NCBI GenBank assembly: GCA_041660165.1
Contig: JBAZWW010000001.1
Location: forward strand, 169,035 to 233,034
Reading direction: 5' to 3'
Source of the DNA: Patescibacteria group bacterium
GTDB taxonomy: Bacteria > Patescibacteriota > Patescibacteriia > UBA9934
Length of the DNA stretch: 64,000 nt
Of this stretch, positions 1 to 9,547 are shown one piece after another. Under the pieces are notes generated by a model that was given only the letters and a program-made list of their open reading frames with translations, was not told where the DNA came from and did not search any database. The number at the start of each line of letters is the position of its first letter. Position 1 is the stretch's first letter. The translations under genes and the position numbers were made by a program.

Positions 1-1
1 C

Positions 2-1165
2 GCCTCGCAGAATTACGGCATCAGCCCGCGCTTCCTCCTGGTTCTCCTCCAAAAAGAACAAAGCCTCATTTCTGATAATGACCCCTCAAGCAAACAGTTG
101 GATTGGGCCACAGGCTACGCCATTTGCGATTCATGCGACCTTGCTGACCCCGCGTTCAGCCGGTGGCAAGGCTTTGGCAAGCAAGTGAATTCCGCCGCGC
201 TCCAGTTTATGGATGGCTACATGGCGGACATTACGCAGAAAGGCAGAACCGCCGGCAGTTACGGCCCCGGCGTTCCAGTTGTCGTGGACGGCACCACAAT
301 TATTCCCGCAAACGCGGCTACGGCATCCCTCTACGCCTACACCCCGCACCTTCATGGCAACAAAAACTTTTCGGCTATTTGGAATTCTTGGTTTGGCCGT
401 GATTATCCGGACGGAACGCTCATGCAAGTCCCTGGCGAAAAGGGCGTCTGGCTCTTACAGGATGGCTACCGCCGAGCAATTACGAGCCAAGCGGCCTTGC
501 GTTCGCGCTTCAATGCTTCGCTCGTCGTGAATGTATCGCATGACGTTCTTGATCGTTTTCCAGACGGCCACGCCATCAGCCTGCCAAACTACACCATCGT
601 CAAAGACGATAACGGCAAGATCTCGCTTCTTGTTGATGATGCCCTGCGCCATATTGACACCATGGAAACGTATCACGCAGTTGGCTTCTCTGAGGACGAA
701 ATAGTCGGGATCTCAAACGATGAAGCCGGGCAATATGAGGTGGGCGAGGAAATTACGTCAAAATCCCTCTACCCCCAGGGACGGTTGCTCCAGCTCAAAA
801 CAAATGGCGCTGTGTTCTATGTTGCAGACGGGACGCGCCACGCCATACTTGACAAATCCGTCATGACAGCGCGGTTTCCCGGCGCAACGCTTTTCCCAAT
901 CGCTCCAGTGGAGGTCGAGCAATTCAAAGAAGGCAAAGCCCTTGGCATGCCGGACGGCTCGCTCGTAAAAATTCCTGATGACCCAACGGTATACGTCATC
1001 ACGGACGGAATGAAGCGCGCCATCCCCACAGAATCCATCTTCACGTCATACGGTTACGCTTGGAAAAATATTGTTACCGTCACGCCCTCAGTCTTAAAAC
1101 TGCATCCCCCTGGCGATCCCCTTTCAACCTCAGCAGACGATCAAGTAAAGACCGCCAACAGATAA
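2..1165 (+). CDS. 5'-truncated putative exported protein: N-terminal LLVLLQKEQSL...WATGYA domain plus four ~60-aa repeats (G.L(V/M)...V(Y/W).I.DG.(K/R)R.I)
   Basis: Frame is open from base 2 (ASQNYGISPRFLLVLLQKEQSL...), so the gene starts before the window. Four internal repeats are visible in the translation. Confidence 0.75.
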   Translation, partial: ASQNYGISPRFLLVLLQKEQSLISDNDPSSKQLDWATGYAICDSCDLADPAFSRWQGFGKQVNSAALQFMDGYMADITQKGRTAGSYGPGVPVVVDGTTIIPANAATASLYAYTPHLHGNKNFSAIWNSWFGRDYPDGTLMQVPGEKGVWLLQDGYRRAITSQAALRSRFNASLVVNVSHDVLDRFPDGHAISLPNYTIVKDDNGKISLLVDDALRHIDTMETYHAVGFSEDEIVGISNDEAGQYEVGEEITSKSLYPQGRLLQLKTNGAVFYVADGTRHAILDKSVMTARFPGATLFPIAPVEVEQFKEGKALGMPDGSLVKIPDDPTVYVITDGMKRAIPTESIFTSYGYAWKNIVTVTPSVLKLHPPGDPLSTSADDQVKTANR

Positions 1166-1169
1166 TCCT

Positions 1170-1925
1170 ATGCTTGTCTTTGCCGGCTTCATCCCGCATT
1201 CTCCGCTCCTCATGGAGAGCGTAAACACAAAGCGCCTTCATGAGGCAGACAAAACGCTGTCCGCGCTTGATGCGTTTGCTGATGAACTCTTCACAGCGCG
1301 TCCCGATACCATTGTCATTCTGGCTGAAAGCCCCACCATGTATGAGGACGCTTTTTCTCTCAATGTTGCGGATCCATTCACGGCGGATCTCTCGGCGGTG
1401 GGAGATCTTGGCTATCACAAAACGTATCACCCAGACTTTGGCTTTATTGATAGCCTGCAAAGATTCGCCCGCCAAAATAACGTTCCCGTTTCGCTTTCTA
1501 CGGATGAGCATCTGCCGTTTCAGACAACCGTCCCCCTGCATTTTGCCACTCGTCATCTCAAAGATGTCCGGGTCGTCCCCATCGCTCCCTGCAGTCTGGA
1601 CGGTAAGGCGCATTTTGCGTTCGGTAACACGCTTAAGCATTTAGTCATGGATAGTAACAAACGAATCGCAGTCATCGCCTCCGGTGACATGTCCCATGTT
1701 GAAGATGCAGTTTTTGACGAGCGTCTGCTCACCATCCTCAGGGAACATAACGCCTCCGGACTACTCCAGCTTGATCCTGATCTGATTGCAGGCGCAATAG
1801 ACACGTCCTACCGGCAAATCGCCATGCTCTTTGGCGTGCTTGATGGCGTTGGTACCACAGCCGAAGTGCTCAGCTATGAAAAACCTTTCGGCGCTGGTTT
1901 TGCGGTCGTGAACTTTATCCTGTGA
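1170..1925 (+). CDS. LigB/MEMO1-like class III extradiol dioxygenase fold protein (AmmeMemoRadiSam B-like)
   Basis: PHSPLL N-terminal motif, IASGDMSH motif, C-terminal LSYEKPFGAGF. Confidence 0.8.
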   Translation: MLVFAGFIPHSPLLMESVNTKRLHEADKTLSALDAFADELFTARPDTIVILAESPTMYEDAFSLNVADPFTADLSAVGDLGYHKTYHPDFGFIDSLQRFARQNNVPVSLSTDEHLPFQTTVPLHFATRHLKDVRVVPIAPCSLDGKAHFAFGNTLKHLVMDSNKRIAVIASGDMSHVEDAVFDERLLTILREHNASGLLQLDPDLIAGAIDTSYRQIAMLFGVLDGVGTTAEVLSYEKPFGAGFAVVNFIL

Positions 1926-3718
1926 TCGCTGAAGTGTTTCCTAATCTTCGCCTCCCCCGCCGTTTTTCTTTTTTCGATTACAAAATTCCTGATTCAATGA
2001 CGGTTGCTGTTGGCGACCTGGTGGCGATTCCATTCCGCGGGCGCGAAATCATTGGTCTGGTTGCGCACACAAAAGAAACGTCCGCCGAGCGCAAGCTTTC
2101 ACAACTCGCAAACGTAGTCCACCGAAGCTGGTGCGAACCTGAGGACATCGTCCGCCTAGAAACCATCGCTCGCGCCATCGTGCAATCCCCCGCCAGCCTG
2201 TTTCACGGAATTTTCGATGGGGTAGGAACAAGTGATGCAAAACAAAATTACATAAGACTCTTATATAATTCGCTATCCGTAAAAAAAATTGACGTAGAGC
2301 AAGTGGGCGAGATCTTAAAATCCCCCGATCGAGTCCAGACCGTTTTCGGCGACAAAGTCCTCGGGGCAGTACTCGCAAGCGCGCTCGTCAAAACAACAAC
2401 GGGACAGTGTCTGTTCCTCGTCCCCACTGAAAAGGACGCGAAGGATCTGCAAACGGCTATCAAGTCCTCGGTTGTCTATCACGGTCACATTAAACCGAGG
2501 GACCGAGCCAGCATCGCTCGCGCCTGGCATGAGGGCAAGATCCGCATCCTTGTCGGCACGCGCGGAGCCTCACTCATCCCCGCGCATGAGCTGTCCGCCG
2601 TTGTCGTGCTCGACTCTGCAAACGACGAGCATGCCAGCACTCGCCGTAACCCGCGGTTTGACGCCCGCGAAGCCGTTAAACTACTGGCCTCCCAGCACTC
2701 CGCTCGCCTCTTCTTCGTGGATCCCCTCCCCCGGCTCGAAGAGCTCGCTCCCAGTCTCCCCGCCGTACGGGCGAGGCTCGCCTCGCCCCCTTCATTCCAG
2801 ATCATCGATCTCCGCAACGCTCTCCTCAGATCCGATGATCCCCTCTTAACCGAGCCCCTGCTTGAAGGCATAGAATCCGCTTTACAGAGCGGAAAAAAAG
2901 TGCTACTTTTTCTCAATCGCAAGGGCGTAGCCAAGCGTCTCCAGTGCGGAGCCTGCGGGCACATTCCCCTCTGCGGAACCTGCGGGAACGTTCCCTCCGT
3001 CAGGCTCGATGACCTGGTCTGCGATAGATGCGGAACAGAAATGTGGATCCCTAAAAATTGTCCAGCATGCGGAAAAGCAAAACTGGCCATGAAGGGCATA
3101 GGCGGAGCCAAGATTGCCGAGATCTTGCGCACACGGTTTTCTGACGCCACCGTTGGGCAAATCGAGAAGGGAAAAATTGAAAATCCCTACGCTCCCATCG
3201 TCATTGTCACCGAGTATTTCTTCAGCTCATTCCTTGATCCTTTCAAACACCTGAATCTTGGCCTAGTGGCCGACCTGGCCGGAGACATGGGCATTCACGG
3301 CGCGGACTTTCGCGGGGCCGAGAAAACCGCGCGCAAGTTGCATCGGTTACTCGCCTTCGCCAAACGCGAGAACGCCAACTGCATCTTGCAGACCTGGCTT
3401 CCTGATGTTCTGACGCCCATGTTGAATCTCGATACATTCATCAAAGACGAGCTCGAACTCCGTCAGCGCTATCAGCTCCCGCCGTTCTCCTCAAGATACG
3501 TCCTCGAAGGCGCCAAGATTGGAGAGCTCCCCGAAGCCCTGCGATCAATCGCCCGCGAACATGATGAAACAGTTGAAATTCGACCCCTCGTCACCTCGGG
3601 GTGTGATCCAACCCCTTCTAACCCTTTATCACCCTCTCTAACCCTCCTCCCAGATTCAGTGAAAATCACCCTCGATGGCCCCTATGAAATCCCTCCCCGT
3701 TCTCCACAACCCGAATAA
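1922..3718 (+). CDS. priA: Primosomal protein N' (PriA) with degenerate helicase motifs
   Basis: FDY..P...V.VPF-like 3'-binding domain, GTRGA, LFLNRKG, four CxxC pairs. No Walker A motif. Confidence 0.85.
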   Translation: MIAEVFPNLRLPRRFSFFDYKIPDSMTVAVGDLVAIPFRGREIIGLVAHTKETSAERKLSQLANVVHRSWCEPEDIVRLETIARAIVQSPASLFHGIFDGVGTSDAKQNYIRLLYNSLSVKKIDVEQVGEILKSPDRVQTVFGDKVLGAVLASALVKTTTGQCLFLVPTEKDAKDLQTAIKSSVVYHGHIKPRDRASIARAWHEGKIRILVGTRGASLIPAHELSAVVVLDSANDEHASTRRNPRFDAREAVKLLASQHSARLFFVDPLPRLEELAPSLPAVRARLASPPSFQIIDLRNALLRSDDPLLTEPLLEGIESALQSGKKVLLFLNRKGVAKRLQCGACGHIPLCGTCGNVPSVRLDDLVCDRCGTEMWIPKNCPACGKAKLAMKGIGGAKIAEILRTRFSDATVGQIEKGKIENPYAPIVIVTEYFFSSFLDPFKHLNLGLVADLAGDMGIHGADFRGAEKTARKLHRLLAFAKRENANCILQTWLPDVLTPMLNLDTFIKDELELRQRYQLPPFSSRYVLEGAKIGELPEALRSIAREHDETVEIRPLVTSGCDPTPSNPLSPSLTLLPDSVKITLDGPYEIPPRSPQPE

Positions 3719-4163
3719 AGAACTTCGCGTTGTCTCCACGCCGGTTGCTTTGGATAGGCTGGGCACGAAAGACTTCAAAACGTTGGTTGGAGAGCTCAAG
3801 GCCACCATGAAAGAAGAAAACGGCGTTGGCATTGCGGCTCCGCAGGTAGGCGTTCATGATCGGCTGATCATTGCAGAAACAAAAGCCGGCCCAACCGCCT
3901 TCATCAATCCAGAAATTGTCGAACGTTCCTTTAAGCTAGTGGAGGGTGAAGAAGGCTGTCTGTCCGTCCCTGGGGTGTGGGGCCTTGTCAAACGCCACCG
4001 TTCAGTTACCGTTAAGGCTATCCAAGAGGACGGCACGCCCATTGGTCTGAAAGCCACGGGCTTGCTCGCTATCATTTTCCAACATGAAATCGACCACCTT
4101 GACGGCATCCTTTTTATTGACCGTGCCACAGAGTTGCGAAAGACCGGTTCATCCCGGATCTAA
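3684..4163 (+). CDS. def: Peptide deformylase
   Basis: GVGIAAPQVG, EGCLS, QHEIDHLDG motifs. ATG at 3684 (alternative 3675). Confidence 0.97.
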   Translation: MKSLPVLHNPNKELRVVSTPVALDRLGTKDFKTLVGELKATMKEENGVGIAAPQVGVHDRLIIAETKAGPTAFINPEIVERSFKLVEGEEGCLSVPGVWGLVKRHRSVTVKAIQEDGTPIGLKATGLLAIIFQHEIDHLDGILFIDRATELRKTGSSRI

Positions 4164-5013
4164 GCTCCGCGTGGCCTTCTTTGGCACGCCTGACTTCTCT
4201 GCCCGGTTCCTCCAGGGTCTTATTGAGGACCCGTATTTCGAGGTTGTTGGCGTCATTACACAACCGGATGAACCCGTTGGCCGAAAAAAGATTTTGACCG
4301 CTCCGCCAACTAAAATCCTGGCACTTGAAAAGTGTATTCAGGTCTTCCAACCCGTTAAAATGAAGGATGAGGAATTCCTGAAGGCTGTCGAGTCCCTCAA
4401 GGCCGACGTCTTCATAATCGTCGCTTACGGTCGTATCCTTCCCCAGGCGCTTCTCGAACTCCCCAGGTTAGGCTGTATCAATGTTCACCCCTCGCTCCTC
4501 CCCAAGTGGCGCGGACCGTCCCCCATGCAGTCAGCCATCGTCGCCGGAGACAGCGAGACAGGCATCTCGGTGATGAAAATCGACGCCGAGATGGACCATG
4601 GTCCAATCCTCGCGCAAAAGGCCATTGCGCTACAGCCGAGTGAAACCGTCGAGTCGCTGACCAACACCGTGGTTCACGTTGGCGTCCCCCTTTTACTCGA
4701 AACTCTGAAAACCTATCACGCCGGGATGATCAAACCGGTCGAACAGGATCACTCACGGGCCACTTTCTGCAAATTGCTTACCCGAGAAGACGGTCAGATC
4801 AACCTCGTCGACGACCCGAAAATCCTCGACCAAAAAATCCGCGCCTACAACCCTTGGCCAGGCACCTGGACAATTCTAGAACGCGCCGGCAAGCCTTTGC
4901 GCGTAAAAATCCTCAAAGCAAAACTCGAGCAGGGTATGCTCGAGCTTACTCAGGTCCAGCCCGAAGGCGGAAAGCCCATGACCTGGGCGGACTTTGAACG
5001 TGGGCAACGATAG
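4084..5013 (+). CDS. fmt: Methionyl-tRNA formyltransferase (start uncertain: 4084, or GTG 4123/4171)
   Basis: FFGTPDF, INVHPSLLPKWRGPSP, MDHGPI, IRAYNPWPG; follows def. Confidence 0.95.
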   Translation: MKSTTLTASFLLTVPQSCERPVHPGSKLRVAFFGTPDFSARFLQGLIEDPYFEVVGVITQPDEPVGRKKILTAPPTKILALEKCIQVFQPVKMKDEEFLKAVESLKADVFIIVAYGRILPQALLELPRLGCINVHPSLLPKWRGPSPMQSAIVAGDSETGISVMKIDAEMDHGPILAQKAIALQPSETVESLTNTVVHVGVPLLLETLKTYHAGMIKPVEQDHSRATFCKLLTREDGQINLVDDPKILDQKIRAYNPWPGTWTILERAGKPLRVKILKAKLEQGMLELTQVQPEGGKPMTWADFERGQR

Positions 5014-5016
5014 CTC

Positions 5017-5535
5017 TTAGAGTGGCAGAGCCGAAATTGTGTACGTCCCGGCACAGACCTCCTTTTCGGCGGCATCAGCGCAGGTGAGCGTGGCGGTGTC
5101 TGCACCGTAGGGCACCATCATTTTGCAATCTACATTCTTTCCGTCCACGGTTTTTCCCTTGAAGAGCATGCTTCCTGTGTTGGAGGATGAACGGTCATCA
5201 ATAACCGCACCCTTATCCATCATCATGAAATTATTTCCAGGAGCTGGCGGGGAATATGTAAGCGTGGAGTATGGAAGCTTCGTGACACAGGTGCCAGCAG
5301 GATTTGAAAACGTGAGCGCGCTGTACTTTCCAATGATGCCGAAAAGATCTGACTTCACTTCGGAAAACTTCACTGGGCCTTTTGGCGCTTCCGCAACAGG
5401 TGCCGGGACCTCGGCGGGAACGTTTGCTGTTGGAGCAACATTTGACGAAGGTGAAGGAGCCTGACCTGCACAGCCCGCGCCCGTAAGCGCCACAGCTACC
5501 ACCGCAACTCCGAGAAACTTCCGGTAATCCATCAT
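5017..5535 (-). CDS. Putative lipoprotein
   Basis: Signal peptide ending LTGAGC, followed by a Pro/Ala linker. Confidence 0.75.
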   Translation of the reverse strand: MMDYRKFLGVAVVAVALTGAGCAGQAPSPSSNVAPTANVPAEVPAPVAEAPKGPVKFSEVKSDLFGIIGKYSALTFSNPAGTCVTKLPYSTLTYSPPAPGNNFMMMDKGAVIDDRSSSNTGSMLFKGKTVDGKNVDCKMMVPYGADTATLTCADAAEKEVCAGTYTISALPL

Positions 5536-7118
5536 AAACCATTCTTAAAGAATTTCCTGAAGTATACCAGGGCCGGCTTAAGGGGTGAATACTCGTGATC
5601 AACAGCCTTCACTGTGACTATTTTTCCGCTCGCCCAGCTGTAGAAAATTACTGGTAAAAGGATAAGGCTGAGGCCAAGAGGGTGATTCAAATAAGGGGTG
5701 AAGATATGCGTCACCAGCACAAAAATAATCATCGAAATCATCCCGACAGGGATCCATCTGTCAGCAGATCCTTTTTGTAAAAGATACATTGTAGCGTTAG
5801 CAAAAGAGACGGCAATCGCAAGAACACCCAGAAGGCCGAACACACCCATTTTCAACCAAAGATCCTGATAGCCCCACTCGAATCTGTAGGTAGTCCACTC
5901 TCCAGTTCCATTAATAGCTCTCACTCTCGGATCATCAGATACGAACGTCACTTCTTTCCCAAACCCCGCTCCAATAATTGGCGACTTCATGATCTCGACC
6001 ATCATTGGCGGTAACAAATTCCAACGGCTCGACACAGCTAGTTCGCGCGCTCCCCCATCATCTCCTTTATAAAAGGGGCTGGCCGTAAAGTCAGGCCGAA
6101 TCGGCAACGGGAAAACAACAATGAGCCATAACAACCCTATGGCCGAGCATTGCATGAGACCGAGCACAAATGATCGCAGAACAATCGTCTTCAGCTTTGC
6201 TCGAGTAGCAACGAGCAAAATGATGAACACGAGCGCGCCAATGACCGCGCCGATCATAAAACTTCGGGACAAGCTCGCAGAAATGCCAGCAAGAAGAACG
6301 GCGTGAACAAGCCAAATGTTCTTCTCGATCTTCTCCGAAAAATACGTAGCCGAAGCAAAGATGAACTCAAAAGCAAGAACCACAATTTGGCTCTGCTCGA
6401 ATACTCGGAAGTACCAAGCACCCGTTGGGAATAAACCGGCGAGAGAACTCGGCGCTGTTAAGATGGTGATCTCGGCCAACCGCGCGTCCCGCACAAACGT
6501 GTAGAGATGCGAGAGGAACTTGCCGGGCAAATGCGTAAAGGCGAACAGAAGGCCGAGCGTTGACAAGGCAACCCAAACTGCCGAGACCGCCAGGGTCATC
6601 AGCATCAAGCGCTTCTTCTCACCGTCCCAAGCGATCGAGAGAATCGGCAAGATGTAGAGCACCAAGAGATACGAATTAAAATCGTCAAAGGCCTTGCCCG
6701 GTTCGTTCTGCAGAAAACCAACAATCCCGCCGAGCACAATCGCCGTACCGAATATAATCCACGGCACGTCTCGTCGAGGATTCAATCGCAGTGTCATCCT
6801 GAGCCCGTTCGACGGGCGAAGGATCTGAATTATCCATCCCAGCATCACCCCACCGAATATCACCATCCGAATGGACACCGGCAGACCAATCGACGACAGA
6901 TCAAACAAATGCCCGTGGCCACCAACGAATATCTCGAGGAATGCGAAGGCAAGTCCCCACTCAAGACGCTTAATTGAGAGACCGAGCGCCACCACGAACC
7001 CCGCGGATACGGGAATAATTGACCACCAAGAATGCTGGACAAGCACAGCCAAAAGATGCGCGCCTAGAAGACCGACGAGTACGTACAGTGATCGTTTGTC
7101 GAAGAATTGAGATAGCAT
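5532..7118 (-). CDS. O-antigen ligase/polymerase (Wzy_C-like) membrane protein
   Basis: Many TM segments, SLSRS motif, R.....SPIIGAGFG periplasmic-loop motif; ATG 7118 directly after the upstream stop. Confidence 0.8.
   Translation of the reverse strand: MLSQFFDKRSLYVLVGLLGAHLLAVLVQHSWWSIIPVSAGFVVALGLSIKRLEWGLAFAFLEIFVGGHGHLFDLSSIGLPVSIRMVIFGGVMLGWIIQILRPSNGLRMTLRLNPRRDVPWIIFGTAIVLGGIVGFLQNEPGKAFDDFNSYLLVLYILPILSIAWDGEKKRLMLMTLAVSAVWVALSTLGLLFAFTHLPGKFLSHLYTFVRDARLAEITILTAPSSLAGLFPTGAWYFRVFEQSQIVVLAFEFIFASATYFSEKIEKNIWLVHAVLLAGISASLSRSFMIGAVIGALVFIILLVATRAKLKTIVLRSFVLGLMQCSAIGLLWLIVVFPLPIRPDFTASPFYKGDDGGARELAVSSRWNLLPPMMVEIMKSPIIGAGFGKEVTFVSDDPRVRAINGTGEWTTYRFEWGYQDLWLKMGVFGLLGVLAIAVSFANATMYLLQKGSADRWIPVGMISMIIFVLVTHIFTPYLNHPLGLSLILLPVIFYSWASGKIVTVKAVDHEYSPLKPALVYFRKFFKNGL
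6792..6828. repeat. Half copy of GTCATC-type palindromic element (family A) inside the O-antigen ligase CDS
   Basis: TGTCATCCTGAGCCCGTTCGACGGGCGAAGGATCTGA matches intergenic copies at 9462, 10441 and 59874; translated as QILRPSNGLRMT. Confidence 0.75.
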
Positions 7119-7119
7119 A

Positions 7120-8895
7120 TTACCAACTCCCTCCCCCGCCACCGCCCGAACCACCGCCCGACGAACCACCAGAAAACCCACTGCTCGAATGCGGAACCGA
7201 GCTTGTCACCACCTGGCTCCATGAATTATTCAACTGCGCCAGGTTATGCGTCAGCAACATACTTGAAAACGCTCCATGGTTGGCATCCTCATACCACGTT
7301 GGCGCGGTCTTATAGAGCCCCTCAAACTTCGTGGCCCACTGTTCCTCAGCCCCCAACACCATAGCGTACGGCAAGAACTTTTCAAACATTTCCGGCTCCA
7401 GCTTTGGCGCGTTCAAGAGCTTCAGCTTGTCCATCTCCGTCAGCTTCAAAAATTCCTGGAAGCCAGCAATCTTTGCTTGCGCGTCAGCTCCCTTTGGCGT
7501 CAATTGGTTTGTCAGCCGGCCGGAAATCATCATGCGAATAATCACAAACGCCACAATCGGGAACATGAGAAGAATGCCAAGCCCGGCGGTCAAGAAACTT
7601 ACAATGACCGTGCCCACAACCAGGACCGTTGAAATAATCGCCAGCTGTTTATTCATCTTGTCTGCCTTCTCCTTGGCGGAAATATCGAAATAACCCGCAG
7701 TCCGCAAATGCTCCTCTGTCTTGGCCGTAATGTCTTTAATCTGATCCTCGTAATCAAGAGCCTTCTCCATGAGATCACTGACGAGTATGCTCGAACGTTT
7801 GTCGAACAACATATCAAACAAAATCTTCTCACCAGGATGCTTCAACGATGAACCTTCCTTAAGTTTGACGAGCTCAAAATCTTTTTTATCAGGCCAAAAC
7901 GGAATCTCCTTTACGGTATAGCGAATTTTCAGGTAGCCTCGAACAGCGAGATCAAGGATGATCGATGAAACATCTTTCCTATCAACGGATCTATCGAGTA
8001 TTGTGCCCACATCAATCGGCGCCAAACCGTTCGGCGGTTCATACGCCACCACCACCGGCCCTTTGTATCCAGGCTTTGAGAAAATCCTTGAAATAGCAAA
8101 CACGATGAAGCCAATAAGAGAAATGATGAACAAAAGCGGAATTAACAGAAATAACCAATCAGTGCCGGACACCGTAATGTCCTGAATCGTGGAACGCAAT
8201 CCGTCGCTCGGAATAACAGTATCATTCACAATGCCAAGCGGAATGCCGAGTACAATTGTTAAGCCCTCGCCGGCCTCCAGCGGTTTGGTGGTGAAATAAA
8301 TCGCCTTCCCCGGGAAATCAGCCGGCGTGCATTGCTTGTCAGTGCTACCTGCCGGACCAGTAAAACAATCTACCTGCTCAGCCACTGCTGGACCAGGCAC
8401 AAAAACAGAAGCCGAGGCCTTTTTTATCCCTACCGGCCAACCGTTACCCGTCACATTCCAATACAGCTCGTCATGATCCTCAAATGGCCGAATGACATTC
8501 GTCACCGTGTAATCAATCACATACGTCTTCACTCCGCTCACTGTCTTGTTCGCCTCACCGATTTTAAGGTCGAGTATGCTGTTATTCGTTGACTCAACAT
8601 AATGGTACGGCTGGCCGTTTCCGTCTTTCACACTATTCACGCTGATGCCAATGTCAGGGCCGTCAACTGCGGTCAGCGGAATATCGCGAAAAATTCCGTG
8701 CTTCTGATTATCGCCAAAGTTATATTCAATGATCTCGGTCACCTGAATTGCGCCGTCCGCCTGGAGCACGATTGAGGAGGTAAAGTTATCAATCACCTCA
8801 TCACTCGCGTACGCGTTTGCATGAACCGCGAAAAATGCGAAAACGAAAACTCCAAGCGCGCACGCGATTCTGGCAATGCTTCGCTCAGGTTTCAT
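7120..8895 (-). CDS. DUF2207 family membrane protein
   Basis: HGIFRDIP, ELYWNVTGNGW, LPYAMVLG and a C-terminal SGGGSGGGGGGSW tail; adjacent to lemA. Confidence 0.92.
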   Translation of the reverse strand: MKPERSIARIACALGVFVFAFFAVHANAYASDEVIDNFTSSIVLQADGAIQVTEIIEYNFGDNQKHGIFRDIPLTAVDGPDIGISVNSVKDGNGQPYHYVESTNNSILDLKIGEANKTVSGVKTYVIDYTVTNVIRPFEDHDELYWNVTGNGWPVGIKKASASVFVPGPAVAEQVDCFTGPAGSTDKQCTPADFPGKAIYFTTKPLEAGEGLTIVLGIPLGIVNDTVIPSDGLRSTIQDITVSGTDWLFLLIPLLFIISLIGFIVFAISRIFSKPGYKGPVVVAYEPPNGLAPIDVGTILDRSVDRKDVSSIILDLAVRGYLKIRYTVKEIPFWPDKKDFELVKLKEGSSLKHPGEKILFDMLFDKRSSILVSDLMEKALDYEDQIKDITAKTEEHLRTAGYFDISAKEKADKMNKQLAIISTVLVVGTVIVSFLTAGLGILLMFPIVAFVIIRMMISGRLTNQLTPKGADAQAKIAGFQEFLKLTEMDKLKLLNAPKLEPEMFEKFLPYAMVLGAEEQWATKFEGLYKTAPTWYEDANHGAFSSMLLTHNLAQLNNSWSQVVTSSVPHSSSGFSGGSSGGGSGGGGGGSW

Positions 8896-8903
8896 AATCG
8901 TAT

Positions 8904-9455
8904 TTAGAAGGCTACGTTCACGTTCTGCTTTTCCTTCTCCTCGGCCCCAAAGAACTCGCCGGTCTTGAAACCGAGCAATGGAGCGATGATGTTCGAGGGG
9001 AAAACCTGCACCGCATTATTCATCTCACGCACCGTGGCATTGTAGTAACGACGAGCAGACTGAATGTCGTTTTCGAGAGAAGAGAGCTGTTCCTGAAGCT
9101 GTTTGAAATTTTCCGAGGCCTTGAGGTCAGGATAGCCCTCGGCCACTGCAAACAAGCTCTTGAGTGCGCCGGACAACATCGTTTCCGCTTGTGCTCGGCC
9201 AGCAATCGCTCCAGACGGAACGCTCATAGCGTTCGAGCGAGCCTTAGTCACTTCTTCGAGCACCGAGGACTCATGCGCTTTATAACCTTTTACGGTTTCG
9301 ACCAAGTTCGGCACAAGGTCATAACGTCGTTTTAACTGCACATCAATGTCTGACAGCGCGTTCTTCGTTCTGTTTCTGTAGCTCACAAGCTTGTTAAAGA
9401 TGAGCACAATCCAGCCAAGAATCAGCACCCCAACCACTAAAATAAGAATAGGCAT
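8904..9455 (-). CDS. lemA: LemA family protein
   Basis: IDVQLKRRYDLVPNLVETVKGY, YPDLKASENF, ARRYYN. The upstream ATG at 9467 lies inside a repeat element. Confidence 0.95.
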   Translation of the reverse strand: MPILILVVGVLILGWIVLIFNKLVSYRNRTKNALSDIDVQLKRRYDLVPNLVETVKGYKAHESSVLEEVTKARSNAMSVPSGAIAGRAQAETMLSGALKSLFAVAEGYPDLKASENFKQLQEQLSSLENDIQSARRYYNATVREMNNAVQVFPSNIIAPLLGFKTGEFFGAEEKEKQNVNVAF

Positions 9456-9461
9456 ATTGTC

Positions 9462-9543
9462 TGTCATCTCGAGCGTAGCGAGAGATCTGATTGGCCGATG
9501 CCCCTGATTGCCAATTCAGATCCCTCCTTACGTCGGGATGACA
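9462..9543. repeat. Full palindromic element, family A (REP/RPE-like)
   Basis: TGTCATCTCGAGCGTAGCGAGAGATCTGA...TCAGATCCCTCCTTACGTCGGGATGACA; arms near-identical to 40467-40536. Confidence 0.85.
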
Positions 9544-9547
9544 ATAA

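Noticed and set aside
1922-3718. priA as a pseudogene because Walker motifs are missing
   Set aside because: The ORF is intact with conserved 3'-binding and Zn domains; helicase-deficient PriA variants are known.
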